From NCBI GenBank assembly GCA_012295275.1, contig CM022671.1:26350001-26414000 (forward strand): 64,000 bases of DNA, written 5' to 3'. Under the pieces are notes generated by a model that saw only the letters and a program-made list of their open reading frames with translations, was not told the origin of the DNA and did no database searches. This DNA is from Chrysomallon squamiferum. Its lineage: Eukaryota; Animalia; Mollusca. This document shows, in pieces, positions 35,001 through 47,714 of the stretch (positions are counted from its first letter, which is position 1; every line of letters begins with the position of its first letter). The translations under genes were made by a program, and so were the position numbers.

Positions 35001-38000
35001 TTAAGTCATTTTAATTAAAGACAGTTTTTTAATTGACAGTCTATTAATTTCTGTTTTATATTAAGTTATAAGGTACATAATAAATAATAATATCATTCAA
35101 AATGTATGAAAAATAATTTTGCATTTAAAAAAATGGATTGCACATGCTATTAATTGTAACCAAGATAAATAAAGTATATTACAGATACTGGACCAATTAT
35201 CCAGCGTCCTGAAATCCAGAAAAACAGAAGTTTCATAGTTCGCGCGCACAGGTGTTGTCCTCATCAGACCGGAACAACTCTTTCAAGCCATGTGGCGTTC
35301 ATTCACTTGCTGAATTGTTTACATGTCGAGTCGCCACAGTTGTGTATTGTCAGTTTTCTTTATGTTTTTAATTTTAAAATGTTTGTGCCTAATTATTTAC
35401 GTATTTAGATGCCTTGGCACCAGAAAACCAGAAAATCCAGAAGTTCAGAATGCCACAGGACCCAAGGAGTCCAGATAATTGGTCCGGTACCTTTATGTCT
35501 TTGTGCTGATGTCAACAGATAAATAATAACTGGTTATTTTTTCTAAAATGAAAATGGCTATTAATAGATTATAGCAACATACTGCACTTGCTCTCTATAT
35601 ATTTATTCATAATTAAAAATGTTGATTTTGCTATTTATTTATTGTTATTGGTGATGTTGGTGCTCCTGCTGCTACTGTTGACATAAATGAAACCCATCAC
35701 AGATGGTTAGAATATCAATGAATGATGCCGAATGATCAGATATGCAAAGACAGTAATGGTAACTCACAGAACCCAGCTACTGATAATTCAACAATTATTA
35801 CCAGTCTTTCGTTCTGTAATTAAATTATTTATTTCAACAGGTTAAAATAAATACAGACTTTATGTCCCCATGTATAACAATGGTTAAAAAAAGGGAAAAC
35901 AGGTTAATTAAAAAGATAAAAATATTTAATAAAAAATAATTCATACTCCACATTCATAGCATTTGCTTTTGACTTTGTAAACTATCTTCTTGATAAATTC
36001 TGTTGTTGTTCCATTGTCTTTAGGAATACTACAGTGAATTGTTCTTTCAAACAATCTACAAAATGTATAAAAAACAAAAAAACATGAACAAACATTTAAT
36101 TTTAAATATATAATATTAATACACTGTGTGAGAGAACCATGCCACATGCTGAGTACAATCAGAAAAGATGGAAGTTCAGTTATGTAATATTTTGCTTCTA
36201 AGGACATTGCCCTTTAGGATAATGTTTTTTCCACCTATTCCAGTGAGATCTGAATAACATTAACTGCTGACAGTAGTCCTGAATTCCTGCAATTAATATC
36301 TAATGACAGACCTTTCACTGAATAATAATTGACCTTAATTCACCTTAATTAATGACCAGCATTAAATCACCTTTAATTAGAGACATACATTTAGAGACAT
36401 ACAAGTAGGAGTAAGTTACTTTTCATCAAAACATACAGTAAGTTAAACAAGTAGGAGTAAATCATTTTAATTAAAGACAGTTTTTTAATTGACAGTCTAT
36501 TAATTTCTATTTTATATTAAGTTATAGGTTACATAATAAATAATGTTATCATTCAAAATGTATGAAAAATAATTTTGTATATAAAAAAATGGATTGCACA
36601 TGCTATTAATTGTAACCAAGATAAATAAAGTATATTACAGATACTGGACCAATTATCCAGCGTCCTGAAATCCAGAAAACTAGAAGTTTCATAGTTCGCG
36701 CGCACAGGTGTTGTCCTCATCAGACCGGAACAACTCTTTCAAACCATGTGGCGTTCATTCACTTGCTGAATTGTTTACATGTCGAGTCGCCACAGTTGTG
36801 TATTGTCAGTTTCTTTATGTTTTTAATTTTAAAATGTTTGTGCCTAATTATTTACGTATTTAGATGCCTTGGCACCAGAAAACCAGAAAATCCAGAAATT
36901 CAGAATGCCTCAGGACCCAAGGAGTCCAGATAATTGGTCCGGTACCTTTATGTGTTTGTGCTGATGTCAATAGATAAATAATAACTGGTTATTTTTTCTA
37001 AAATGAAAATGGCTATTAATAGATTATAGCAACATACTGCACTTGCTCTCTATATTTATTCATAATTAAAAATGTTGATTTTGCTATTTATTTATTGTTA
37101 TTGTTGATGTTGCTGCTTTTGCTGCTATCGTTGTTATAAATGAAACCTATCACAATTAGAATTCACACAACTATCAATGAATGATGCTGAATGATCAGAT
37201 ATACAGAGACAGTAATGGTAACTCACAGAACCCAGCTACTGATAATTCAACAATTATTACCAGTCTTTCGTTCGCTAAATAAATTATTTATTTCAACAGG
37301 TTAAAATAAATACAGACTTTATGTCCCCATGTATAACAATGGTTAAAAAAAAGGGAAAACAGGTTAATTAAAAACAGACAATGATAAAAATATTTAATAA
37401 AACATAATTCATACTCCACATTCATAGCATTTGCTTTTCTTTGTAAACTATCTTCTTGATAAATTCTGTTGTTCCTCCATTGTCTTTAGCAATACTACAG
37501 CGAATTGTTCTTTCAAACATCCACAAAATGTAAAAAAAAGAAAAGAATTTGAACAACAATTTAATTTTAAATATATAATATTAATACTGAATAAAAGAAC
37601 CAAGCCACATGCTGAGTACAAACAGAAAAGATGGAAGTACAGTTATGCATTATTTTGCTTCTAAGGACATTGCCCTTTAGGATAATGTTTTTTCCACCTA
37701 TTCTAGTGAGATCTGAATAACATTAACTGCTGACAGTAGTCCTGAATTCCTGCAATTAATATCTAATGATAAACCTTTCACTGAATAATAATTTACCTTA
37801 ATTCACCTTAATTAATGACCAGCATTAAATCACCTTTAATTAGAGACATACAGTAAGTTACACAAGTAGGAGTAAGTCACTTTTAATTAAAACATACAGT
37901 AAGTTACACAAGTAGGATTAAGTCACTTTAATTAAAACATACAGTAAGTTACACAAGTAGGATTAAGTCACTTTAATTAAAACATACAGTAAGTTACACA

Positions 38001-39560
38001 AGTAGGATTAAGTCACTTTTAATTAAAACATACAGTAAGTTACACAAGTAGGATTAAGTCACTTTAATTAAAACATACAGTAAGTTACACAAGTAGGATT
38101 AAGTCACTTTAATTAAAACATACAGTAAGTTACACAAGTAGGATTAAGTCACTTTTAATTAAAACATACAGTAAGTTACACAAGTAGGATTAAGTCACTT
38201 TAATTAAAGACAGTTTTTTAATTGACAGTCTATTAATTTCTGTTTTATATTATGTTATAAGGTACATAATAAATAATAATATCATTCAAAATGTATGAAA
38301 ATTAATTTTGCATTTAAGAAAATGGATTGCACATGCTATTATTTGTAACCAAGATAAATAAAGTATATTACAGATACTGGACCAATTATCCAGCGTCCTG
38401 AAATCCAGAAAACCAGAAGTTTCATAGTTCGCACGCACAGGTGTTGTCCTCATCAGACCGGAACAACTCTTTCAAACCATGTCGGGTTCATTCACTTGCT
38501 GAATTGTTTACATGTTGAGTCGCCACAGTTGTGTATTGTCAGTTTTCTTTATGTTTTTAATTTTAAAATGTTTGTTCCTAATTATTTACGTATTTAGATG
38601 CCTTGGCACCAGAAAACCAAAATATCCTGAAATTCAGAATGCCTCAGGACCCAAGGAGTCCAGATAATTGGTCCGGTACCTTTATGTCTTTGTGCTGATG
38701 TCAACAGATAAATAATAACTGGTTATTTTTTTCTAAAATGAAAATGGCTATTAACATACTGCACTTGCTCTCTATATATTTATTCATAATTAAAAATGTT
38801 GATTTTGCTATTTATTTATTGTTATTGGTGATGTTGGTGCTGGTGCTGCTATTGTTGATATAAATGAAACCCACCATAGATGGTTACAATTCACACAACT
38901 ATCAATGAATGATGCCGAATGATCAGATATGCAAAGACAGTAATGGTAACTCACAGAACCCAGCTACTGATAATTCAACAATTATTACCAGTCTTTCGTT
39001 CTGTAATTAAATTATTTATTTCAACAGGTTAAAATAAATACAGACTTTATGTCCCCATGTATAACAATGGTTACAAAAAGGGAAAACAGGTTAATTAAAA
39101 ACAGACAATGATAAAAATATTTAATAAAAAATAATTCATACTCCACATTCATAGCATTTGCTTTTGTCTTTGTAAATTTTCTTCTTGATAAATTCTGTTG
39201 TTCTTCCATTGTCTTTAGCAATACTACAGTGAATTGTTCTTTCAAACAATCTACAAAGTGTAAAAAAAAAAAAAAAAAAAAATTGAACAACAAACATTTA
39301 ATTTTAAATATATAATATTAATACTGTGTAAAAGAACCAAGCCACATGCTGAGTACAAACAGAAAAGATGGAAGTACAGTTATGTATTATTTTTCTTCTA
39401 AGGACGTTGCCCTTTAGGAGTGACATCTGAATAACATTAACTGCTGACAGTAGTCCTAAATTCCTGCAATTAATAACTAATGATAAACCTTTCACTGAAT
39501 AATAATTTACCTTAATTCACTTTAGTTAATGACCAGCATTAAATGGAATAAGTCATTTTA
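26040..39560. repeat. Tandem array of ~9 chimeric ~1.45 kb units (MITE-bearing upstream DNA + ZCRB1 exon 4 + intron 3 + minisatellite)
   Basis: Exon-4 copies at 26945-27052, 28722-28827, 29790-29895, 31576-31681, 33028-33133, 34496-34601, 35947-36055, 37415-37520 and 39142-39250. Spacing is 1068-1786 bp, varying with minisatellite length and one internal deletion near 29221. Confidence 0.95.
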
Positions 39561-40457
39561 ATTAAAGGCAGTTTTACTCCTTTAAACAGTTTAGTTAACT
39601 AGAGTATTTACACCTCTGTGGTGTTCACTGCTTTATGTGCAGATTCTTTTTCCACAAACATGATGAAGGCAACTCCCTTACTTCTGTGTTTGTCATCTTG
39701 CAATATTGTTACCCTAAAACAAAGAGAAGTAAAATGAAAATATTTATAAAAATTCTAAAATTAACTTTAAAATAGTTGTTATTGGAGGTTTTAAATCTGA
39801 AAAAGAAATATTGTAATGGTATCTTAATTTGTATTCATAATCATTTATATAAAAAAAATATATGTTGTTTGAAATTAAATTCTTAAAATGTTCATCAAAC
39901 CATTGTAACATTAATTTTAATACTGGACACATCTTTTTTATTTTTAGGAAAACAGAATAATTAAACACTGCCATTTCACTCATTTATAACTTAATTTTTA
40001 AACCCAGTGTAAAAAATAATATGAACGCGAATCATTCATTTTAAATAAATAATATTAATGCAATGTGTATAACAACTATGTCACATGCAGGGTACAAGCA
40101 GAAAAGATGGAATATCAGTTGTTCATTACTTTGTTCCTAAGGACATTGCCCTTTAGCATGAAGCTATTTCCACATGGATAGGTATTTTTTAACTGCACAC
40201 TTTTCCTGTTCTACTTCATTATTAATTGAGATTCAACGGCAAAAATTAAAAAATAATTTTAAAAAATGCATATTATACTTAAACAATTTATTCATATTGC
40301 GAAAGGTACATTTGAATTGTATTATCATCTTTTGAAAATATTACTTTCCAATAGCTCCATACTTCTGGAATATCTTGTGCATGTCATTGTTGGTTAGAGA
40401 AAATGGCAGGTTGGAAACGTAGATGGTACTTTTTCTTGGTGCTAGTTTACCACTCAT
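39142..40457 (-). pseudogene. ZCRB1: Partial 5' duplicate of ZCRB1 (exons 2, 3 and 4 only)
   Basis: Exon 2' (40457-40345) is intact ([19 protein letters not shown]...). Exon 3' (39713-39614) is in frame and 3 aa shorter. Exon 4' (39250-39142) has a 1-bp insertion giving ATT GTT TGA. There is no second copy of exons 5-7. Confidence 0.85.
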
Positions 40458-41467
40458 CACAGAAACAAATCTGTAAATATTTGTTGTTAATGAAAAATAA
40501 TCAACAACGATGAAGACAAATATGAATAAATATAATCAATTATTTTTAAATATTTAAATGCTGTTTTTAATACCTGTTTAAGAAATAATTATAATTTTAA
40601 AGGTTTTTTTATTTTAAATATTAATAAAAATACACTTATTAATTTCTGATACATGATTTATTCAGTCTTTTATTATTATTTTTTTTTTGGAAGACAACTT
40701 TAAACAAATGTATACAAAACAATTTTAATAATATTATTATTTTATTATTTTGTTTTAAAGGTTTTTAGGCCCTTTGATATTTAAATTTATAGGACTAACT
40801 ATAACTGATTAATTAAGTAAAAGTATTTATTTAAACTAGTTTCAATAATAAAAATGTTCACGGAAAATCTGTGATTAAGTAAGATGTCTGATATACAAAT
40901 AAACTAAAACATTCGTTGGCATGGAAATTAATTACAAATTATTTTAGTTGAAGTTATAACCATAGATGCTGGTAGCTTAGCAGCTTATGAATTTTCTGAA
41001 CACAATATAAAAATATGTGGCATTAAAGATCAGATATACTAATCAACTATAAATATCATAACAGGTCTGGTGGCATGGAAACTAAATAGAGAAAAATAAC
41101 AGAAAATTCTCTTAGTTACAAGAAAATTGATACAGAAAGCTTAACAACCATTAGTCTGGCATAAAAACCTTGCTGTCATCTATTTTTGACGAAATTTTTT
41201 ATGAAAATTTTATTCTTCAAATGTTTTAGCAAACATTTTCAATATGGATTGATTAAGATTATGGAAATAGGATAAATAATACACATTAATTCAAAAACTG
41301 AAACACTAAAATAAATATGTTTCTCAATTATTCTGTTTTATTATGTAATACACTTTTTATCAGTATCTTATATATAATATAGATTAGATGTTGAGAAATA
41401 TATATCAGCTATTTAAATTTTTAAAGTGCACACCATAATTACACGACCGTCTTACACCCTTACTTCA

Positions 41468-41556
<89 letters not shown>

Positions 41557-42687
41557 AATCAATGAATAATATTCAATTCTGACCCATTAAATTTAAACTG
41601 ACGAGTATTCCAGTGGAATTTTGACAGGTCGCCGAGATTAAATTTTACTATTTTGAGAATAGATTGAGAATCCTTTATCCGAAATCTTGGGGATACTGGA
41701 ATATATGGAAATAGTCTGCGAACACGATCTAAGTCTAAATACGAATTCTATTTATATTTCATATACAACTCATACAAATTCATTACAAACAGTCTACAAT
41801 ATAATGAATATTTAAATATTTTTGTGGATAACGGATGCTCAATCTGAATTGTGATTTTGTACTTACTATTATTAAATTGGTGGTAATAAACATCTTTATT
41901 GTCTCTAGAAAGTACCGCAACGAAACGTTAATGTATATCACAAATTTTATGACAATTCTTCTCTTTTTTTTTCATGACTGTATTTCACATGTGTTGAACT
42001 GGGTACTTTTTTATTTCACACTTTCAATGTAAAATTAATAATAGTCTATTTAAAGTATTTAATTACTTGAATTGCTGTTTGGGGTTTGTCTCGCTATTGA
42101 CATTGCAAATAATAATAATAATAATAATTTTTTTAAACATACACAGTCCTGTTTTGAACAATGTGTTCTCAGTTTGCACATTAGTATAAAGACATTGTTC
42201 ATGGTTTAATATTATACACTGTAATTAATTTTCAGATTTAAACACAAGCAGTGAAATAACAATAATGTCTTATCAGACAAAATGCTGTGGCGATAGTCTG
42301 CATGTTCTTGTGTTTCATTGCTTGGAAATAATAATTTAAAAAATTAATAACATGTATTAAATTTTATACCCTTTGAAAGTAACAATTATGCTTATTTTAC
42401 ATTTTCTATTTTTATTAATATTATTTTAAATTTATTAATCTGTTTGTTTATTTATTTATTTAATTTGAGAAAAGTGTTTATATTGTTTGGCTTATGGTAC
42501 TGAATAACTTGTTTTTTGTATATCAGTGGCACCAGTGCCATGACAGTCTGTTAATTTCTATTTTATATTAAGTTATAGGGTACATAATAAATAATTTTAT
42601 CATTCAAAATGTATGAAAAATAGTTTTGCATATAAAAAATGGATTGCACATGCTATTAATTGTAACCAAGATAAATAAAATATATTA

Positions 42688-43013
42688 CAGATTCAGGACC
42701 AATTATCCAGCGTCCTGAAATCCAGAAAGACCAGAAAGTCAGAAATATTTTTCCTCGATGCTATTTTCATAGTTCGCGCGCACAGGTGTTGTCCTCATCA
42801 GACCAGAACAACTCTTTCAAGCCATGTGGCATTCATTCACTTGCCGCATTGTTTACATGTTATGTATAATCAATTTTGTTTATATTTTTAATTTTAAAAT
42901 ATTTTTGCCTAATTATTTACATATACAGATGCCTTGGTACCAGAAAACCAGAAAATCCAGAAATCCGGAATGCCTCAGGCCCCAAGGAGTCCAGATAATT
43001 GGTCCGGTACCTT
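42688..43013. mobile_element. ~300-bp TIR MITE (Tc1/mariner-pogo type), copied into the array units (starts ~26190, 27915, 30770, 32248, 33716, 35182, 36638, 38371; partial copy ~29230)
   Basis: Family consensus ends are TA|CAGATACTGGACCAATTATCC ... GATAATTGGTCCGGTACCTT|TA: imperfect inverted termini flanked by TA. Confidence 0.75.
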
Positions 43014-43891
43014 TATGTCTTTGTGCTGATGTCAATAGATTAGTAATAACAGGTTATTTTTTTCTAAAATGAAAATGGCTATTAATAGATTATAGCAACA
43101 TACTGCACTTGCTTTCTATATATTTATTCATAATTAAAAATGTTGATTTTTGCTATTTATTTATTGTTATTGGTGATGCTATTGTTGATATAAATGAAAC
43201 CCATCACAGATGGTTAGAATTCACACAACTATCAATGAATGATGCCGAATGATCAGATATGCAAAGACAGTAATGGTAACTCACAGAACCCAGCTACAGA
43301 TAATTCAACAATTATTACCAGTCTTTGATTATGTAATTAAATTATTTATTTCAACAGGTTAAAATAAATACAGACTTTATGTCCCCATGTATAACAATAG
43401 TTAGAAAAAAGGGAAAACAGGTTAATTAAAAACAGACAATGATAAAAAGTTTAAATTTTTCTTAAAATCTAACAATACCTTTTCAATTGTTCATATATTT
43501 AAAGGAAGAGGTATTTGAGAAGACACTGTTGATTGCACATTTGCAAGTTTCACTTCATCTCTTCTATGTTCAGTTTGTTCCTTTAGTTTTAACAGACAAA
43601 ATACAGGTACCAGTCCACCCTGAACACAGTAATGTCACATCAACTGCAAAAGGCTTAAATTCTTAAATTTGGTAACTGTGTTATTTTATTGTTTAAACTT
43701 TTTATTAACAATCACAGGTCACTCGGACCAAATAAAATAAAATATTAACTTGTATTTATAAGAAATCTTTTTGACCATTTAATTGTGCTGGCACAGGTAC
43801 TCTTTAATAATAATTACAACAATCTGTTGAAAACTCATTAGCTACAAATGTTTCCTTAATCATTTTCAGAGGCTTTAGAAATGGTCTAGAC

Positions 43892-44182
43892 CATAGGTTT
43901 TCAACATGGAGGTTGCCAGCCATTTTTCTGGGAGTCGCGAGATCATTCTTGAGCGAGGGTTTGTTATGGCTTTTTTCAACTTGACTTGGAAGGAGGAATA
44001 AATAAAAATGTGTAGATAGCTTTGGGACCCGTTGTAGTGAATATAGATTCCTTTTGTTCTGTCTTTGGTTGATGAAAATATGGTAACCCTAGATATTACT
44101 GAATCAAAATTTTTAAAGGGGGTCATTGTCATATTGAGTTGCTTATAAGGGGTTGCAGTGTGAAAAAGGTTGAAAACTACTG
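43892..44182. mobile_element. hAT (Charlie-like) MITE with 8-bp target-site duplication
   Basis: Termini CATAGGTTTTCAAC ... GTTGAAAACTACTG are flanked by GTCTAGAC (43884-43891) and ATCTAGAC (44183-44190), matching the NTCTAGAN target typical of hAT-Charlie. Confidence 0.88.
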
Positions 44183-45294
44183 ATCTAGACAGATAGAAAG
44201 AAGTCTCTTTTATTGATTTGTTAAACACATTATTGCCAAAAATAATAATAAATATCATCAATGAAGTTAACTTTTTATTTCAGTTATTATTATTATTTCT
44301 TAAATTTTACATTTTGCTCATTTTATATCTCAATCACAACACCAATTCCATTGTGGAGCACATATTTCCTGGGATCATCTGAGTTATCTTCTCCTTCATT
44401 ATTATGCAAGCTGCCATTTTCTTCTAACAATTCACATTGCACATAGTTATGTACTGCACATAAATACTCATTCTATATAAACCTGCTTCAAATTATAAAT
44501 AAATAAATAAATAAAAATCTCAGAAAAATTTTAATTGTTAAAATAAAATACTCTTGAGATAGATTTACGAGACTAGTTACATACAAAAGTTATATTTTTA
44601 CTGTTTACAAACTATTTTATTACAAAAACATTTTAGTTTTTGGTTTTATTTATTCTGTATTATATTATAATTATATTTACATGTAAATGAAATGATTTTG
44701 ATAAAAAGTTATTGATTACATCACAACATTAAAACTAAACTATTATGTTTATATAATAAAAGAATATAAATGTAACAAAATGTAAAATTAGTACACTGAA
44801 ATTGTAAAAACACAAGTACAAGACCTCTCTACCACAAATATTAATTAGTGTAATAAATAGACAGAAGTTTTGTTAAAAAGTGAATTATGATTTATAAACA
44901 TTAGCTTATCATGTGTAGAGGTTTTTTTTTTTTTGTTGTTCATAAAAGTGAACCAGCTGAGAAAAATGATGTTGTAAAGTAGTGACAAAAAAAATGTCAT
45001 TTTCGTATAAGCAAACAATTTCTGCTATATAAAAACAAAATAATAAAAAAATAAAGTATCTTTGGCCTTTTAATGATATTTACATTTGTTTTCTATCTGT
45101 TAACCTTAAGATATCTAAATTTGGCATGAACTAAATGCTTTGTGTCTTCAACTTCAGATGAATTTTTGCTTCTGAAGTTTGCATATAGTCCATATTTTAA
45201 GAAGATAATTAAGACTACAAACAGCATAGGAATGGTTAATAACTAGATGAAGAAAGATGAACCGGCATCTTAAAGGGACATTAGTAATGGCTGT

Positions 45295-45620
45295 AACACT
45301 CAGAAACAAAGTGACTGCACAGAACTTTACTGTGAGGGAAAAAAGAAAAAGAAAAGGAAGATTTGAAACAGTCATGCACAAATTCATGTATCTTGTACAT
45401 GGTAAAATGTTGAGGGAAATTAATTTGTTTAATACTGCTGACTCAGAAACAAAGTGACTGCACAGGACTTTATTGTGAGGGAAAAAAAGAAAAAGAAGTA
45501 AAAGAACACTTTTGAAACATTCAACACACAAAGATATATGAAGGTCATAGAGGGCCAGTGAAAACGATGTTGTACATGGTAAAATGATGAAGGAAATTAT
45601 GCTATTTTTTAATACTGTTA
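45295..45620. repeat. ~143-bp tandem duplication
   Basis: ACTCAGAAACAAAGTGACTGCACAG.ACTTTA.TGTGAGGGAAAAAA at ~45298 and ~45441; TTGTACATGGTAAAATG at ~45393 and ~45570. Confidence 0.85.
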
Positions 45621-45969
45621 AAGAGTGTGTCTGTCCAGATCAAAAGTCTTTTTACTTGTGAAACAATCTTGTGATTACAGGTGATTTGAGCTCAAACATG
45701 AGCTACAGTGAGTGACTTCAGTAATAAACTCCTTTACCTCAGACAGATAAAGGGGATGTTTGTGCAAACATTTAATGAAGCTGAAATCATTGTATGCTGC
45801 CATATATGAAGACCTTCAACTTCAGAACATTCCCCAAAACTCAGGTGGTTACATGAAGAACAGCCAGAATAGTGTTCTCATAACTGACAAGTTGGTCAAG
45901 TGAAGCAGTTATGGCATGCTTCTGAGGACATAATTTTAATGAATTAATAATGTAGATTAAATAGCTCTT

Positions 45970-46000
<31 letters not shown>

Positions 46001-46284
46001 TAAACAAATAAAAAATAGAAGAGAACAAATGGATCATTACTGCTATAGTGATCAGAGACCTTCTTTAAATTAGGTTGCAAATTATGAATTAAAAAATTTG
46101 AACTGGATTGCTAAAAGCAACATTTGTGACATTAAGACACGTAATATGATTTTTGAATAGTACAGTACGTGATTGATGAATATGACTCCATTGTATATGA
46201 TAATCCTGAAATGAAAAATAGTGTCTTTCATCCAGTCATCTCCCTAAAACTCAAAATTAAATTCTGTCATAATTATACAAGATC

Positions 46285-46318
<34 letters not shown>

Positions 46319-47278
46319 TAATTTTACAAACAAACAAAAACAAACGTCTATCTGTATTGATACATTCAGTAACGGTATATACCTATTTGGTAATACAAAA
46401 ATTAGTTATATAAAGTTTTAAGGTGATAGTTAATAAAAAGTTTTTTTTATGTTAAAACTATCTAAAACCCATTAAAAATATGTAAAACATTTCCCATGTA
46501 TTTTAAAAGTATAGTATAACTATAAGGGTGTTTTTTTTATAGGTTTTTAAAAAAACAAAATAAAAAAAGAGGATATTTTTCTTCTTACTTTAAAACCGTA
46601 ACAATTTTTAACAAAATAACATAAATTAACAAATTGAATTAAATGAGGTCTGATTATCTTTTTACATTTCAACTTTTCTAATAAATATGAACACACATGG
46701 AGTATCATTGGTACATATACGTGAGTTCATGTGTGTATGTGTGTGCATGTGTGTGTTGAATAAGTGGCTACTATCTTTTTATTTATCAACTCACTGCTCT
46801 CAAAAGCAGTATATTAATACATACTGACTTTGTTTTTGATGGACATCAAAACAATATATTTCTTAAATAACAGCAATTTATCTGTTATGTTTTCAAATAA
46901 AAACTGTTTTTTCAAACCAGAAATTAAACACTAAAGAAGTAACTTTGAACAATATATATATATATATAAAATGCAAATAACAATTTATTGAAGTAAAAAT
47001 ATTTCCATCCAAAAAAGCTATATTTCTGGTCAGTGCTATATTTCTAGTCATTATTATAATGATGTTAATGAAATTATCTTGCCACGGTGTTTAGTGATTG
47101 CAGGATAAATATATATGTTATTATGTGTATTAATTGTACCTGTAACATTCATTAAGTATGAGGTGATTTTAAAGTTAAAATTTAAATGCACTAAATAATG
47201 CAGACATGAACTTCATAAGGTAGTAAGTATTGCTGTCACATTCAACAGCTGTTCCTTGAATGAAACAAAATATCTCTG

Positions 47279-47714
47279 TTACTTATGCATCTGCCATCGT
47301 TTATGATTCCACTTAACAAACATCAGTTCTTGTCGAATTGCTCTGTTTATTGTTGGCTGGGAAACCTCAACATTCAGGTCCTGTTTCAATCGCCTTTTTA
47401 TTTCCATTTCTGTTATGTTGGGGTTCCCTGTCCGAAGTCCGGCAATGAACTCCAGTTCAGGTTTAGAGATTTTTTTTTTCATTCTAGATCGAGCTTTGGA
47501 CTGGCTGTTGGTGACAGAAAGGTTCCTGGCATAGACACATTTGTACCACAGATCTTCTATAAACTGTGGGGCAATGTTCACCTGTCTGCCAACATGGACA
47601 AACGTTCCCTGTGGTACAATACCAGAGTAAATGTTTCCTCCATTTTTTATTATCTCCTCCGTGATCAGATGTTCGAATCCTTCGTTCATGGCTGTCCACG
47701 TTTTTCTGTTGCTA
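47279..47714 (-). CDS. Probable alternative terminal exon encoding a Tc1/IS630-transposase-like paired (bipartite HTH) DNA-binding domain
   Basis: A strong polypyrimidine tract and TAG acceptor (47717-47715) in phase 2 are followed by ~144 open codons, including LITEEIIKNGGNIYSGIVPQG and KISKPELEFIAGLRTGNPNITEMEIKRRLKQDLNVEVSQPTINRAIR. No DDE domain or TIRs are seen. Confidence 0.65.

Larger units (their letters stand above)
39115..43447. repeat. Segmental duplicate of ~21958-26920 (ZCRB1 exon 4 through upstream region)
   Basis: Collinear near-identity of introns, exons, GA microsatellite and MITEs (e.g. 23845-23970 matches 40345-40470, offset 16500). Similarity ends at ...CAGACAATGATAAAAA near 43447. 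Confidence 0.92.

Noticed and set aside
37845-38210. CRISPR-like array of ~40-bp repeats
   Set aside because: The units are contiguous with no unique spacers, there are no cas genes, and the context is a eukaryotic intron; it is a minisatellite.
26945-39250. Functional mutually exclusive exon cluster (Dscam-like)
   Set aside because: Every extra exon-4 copy has lost its AG acceptor and/or is frameshifted, and the copies lie upstream of the intact gene.
43875-44261. 128-aa minus-strand ORF
   Set aside because: A chance frame across the hAT MITE, with no transposase motifs.
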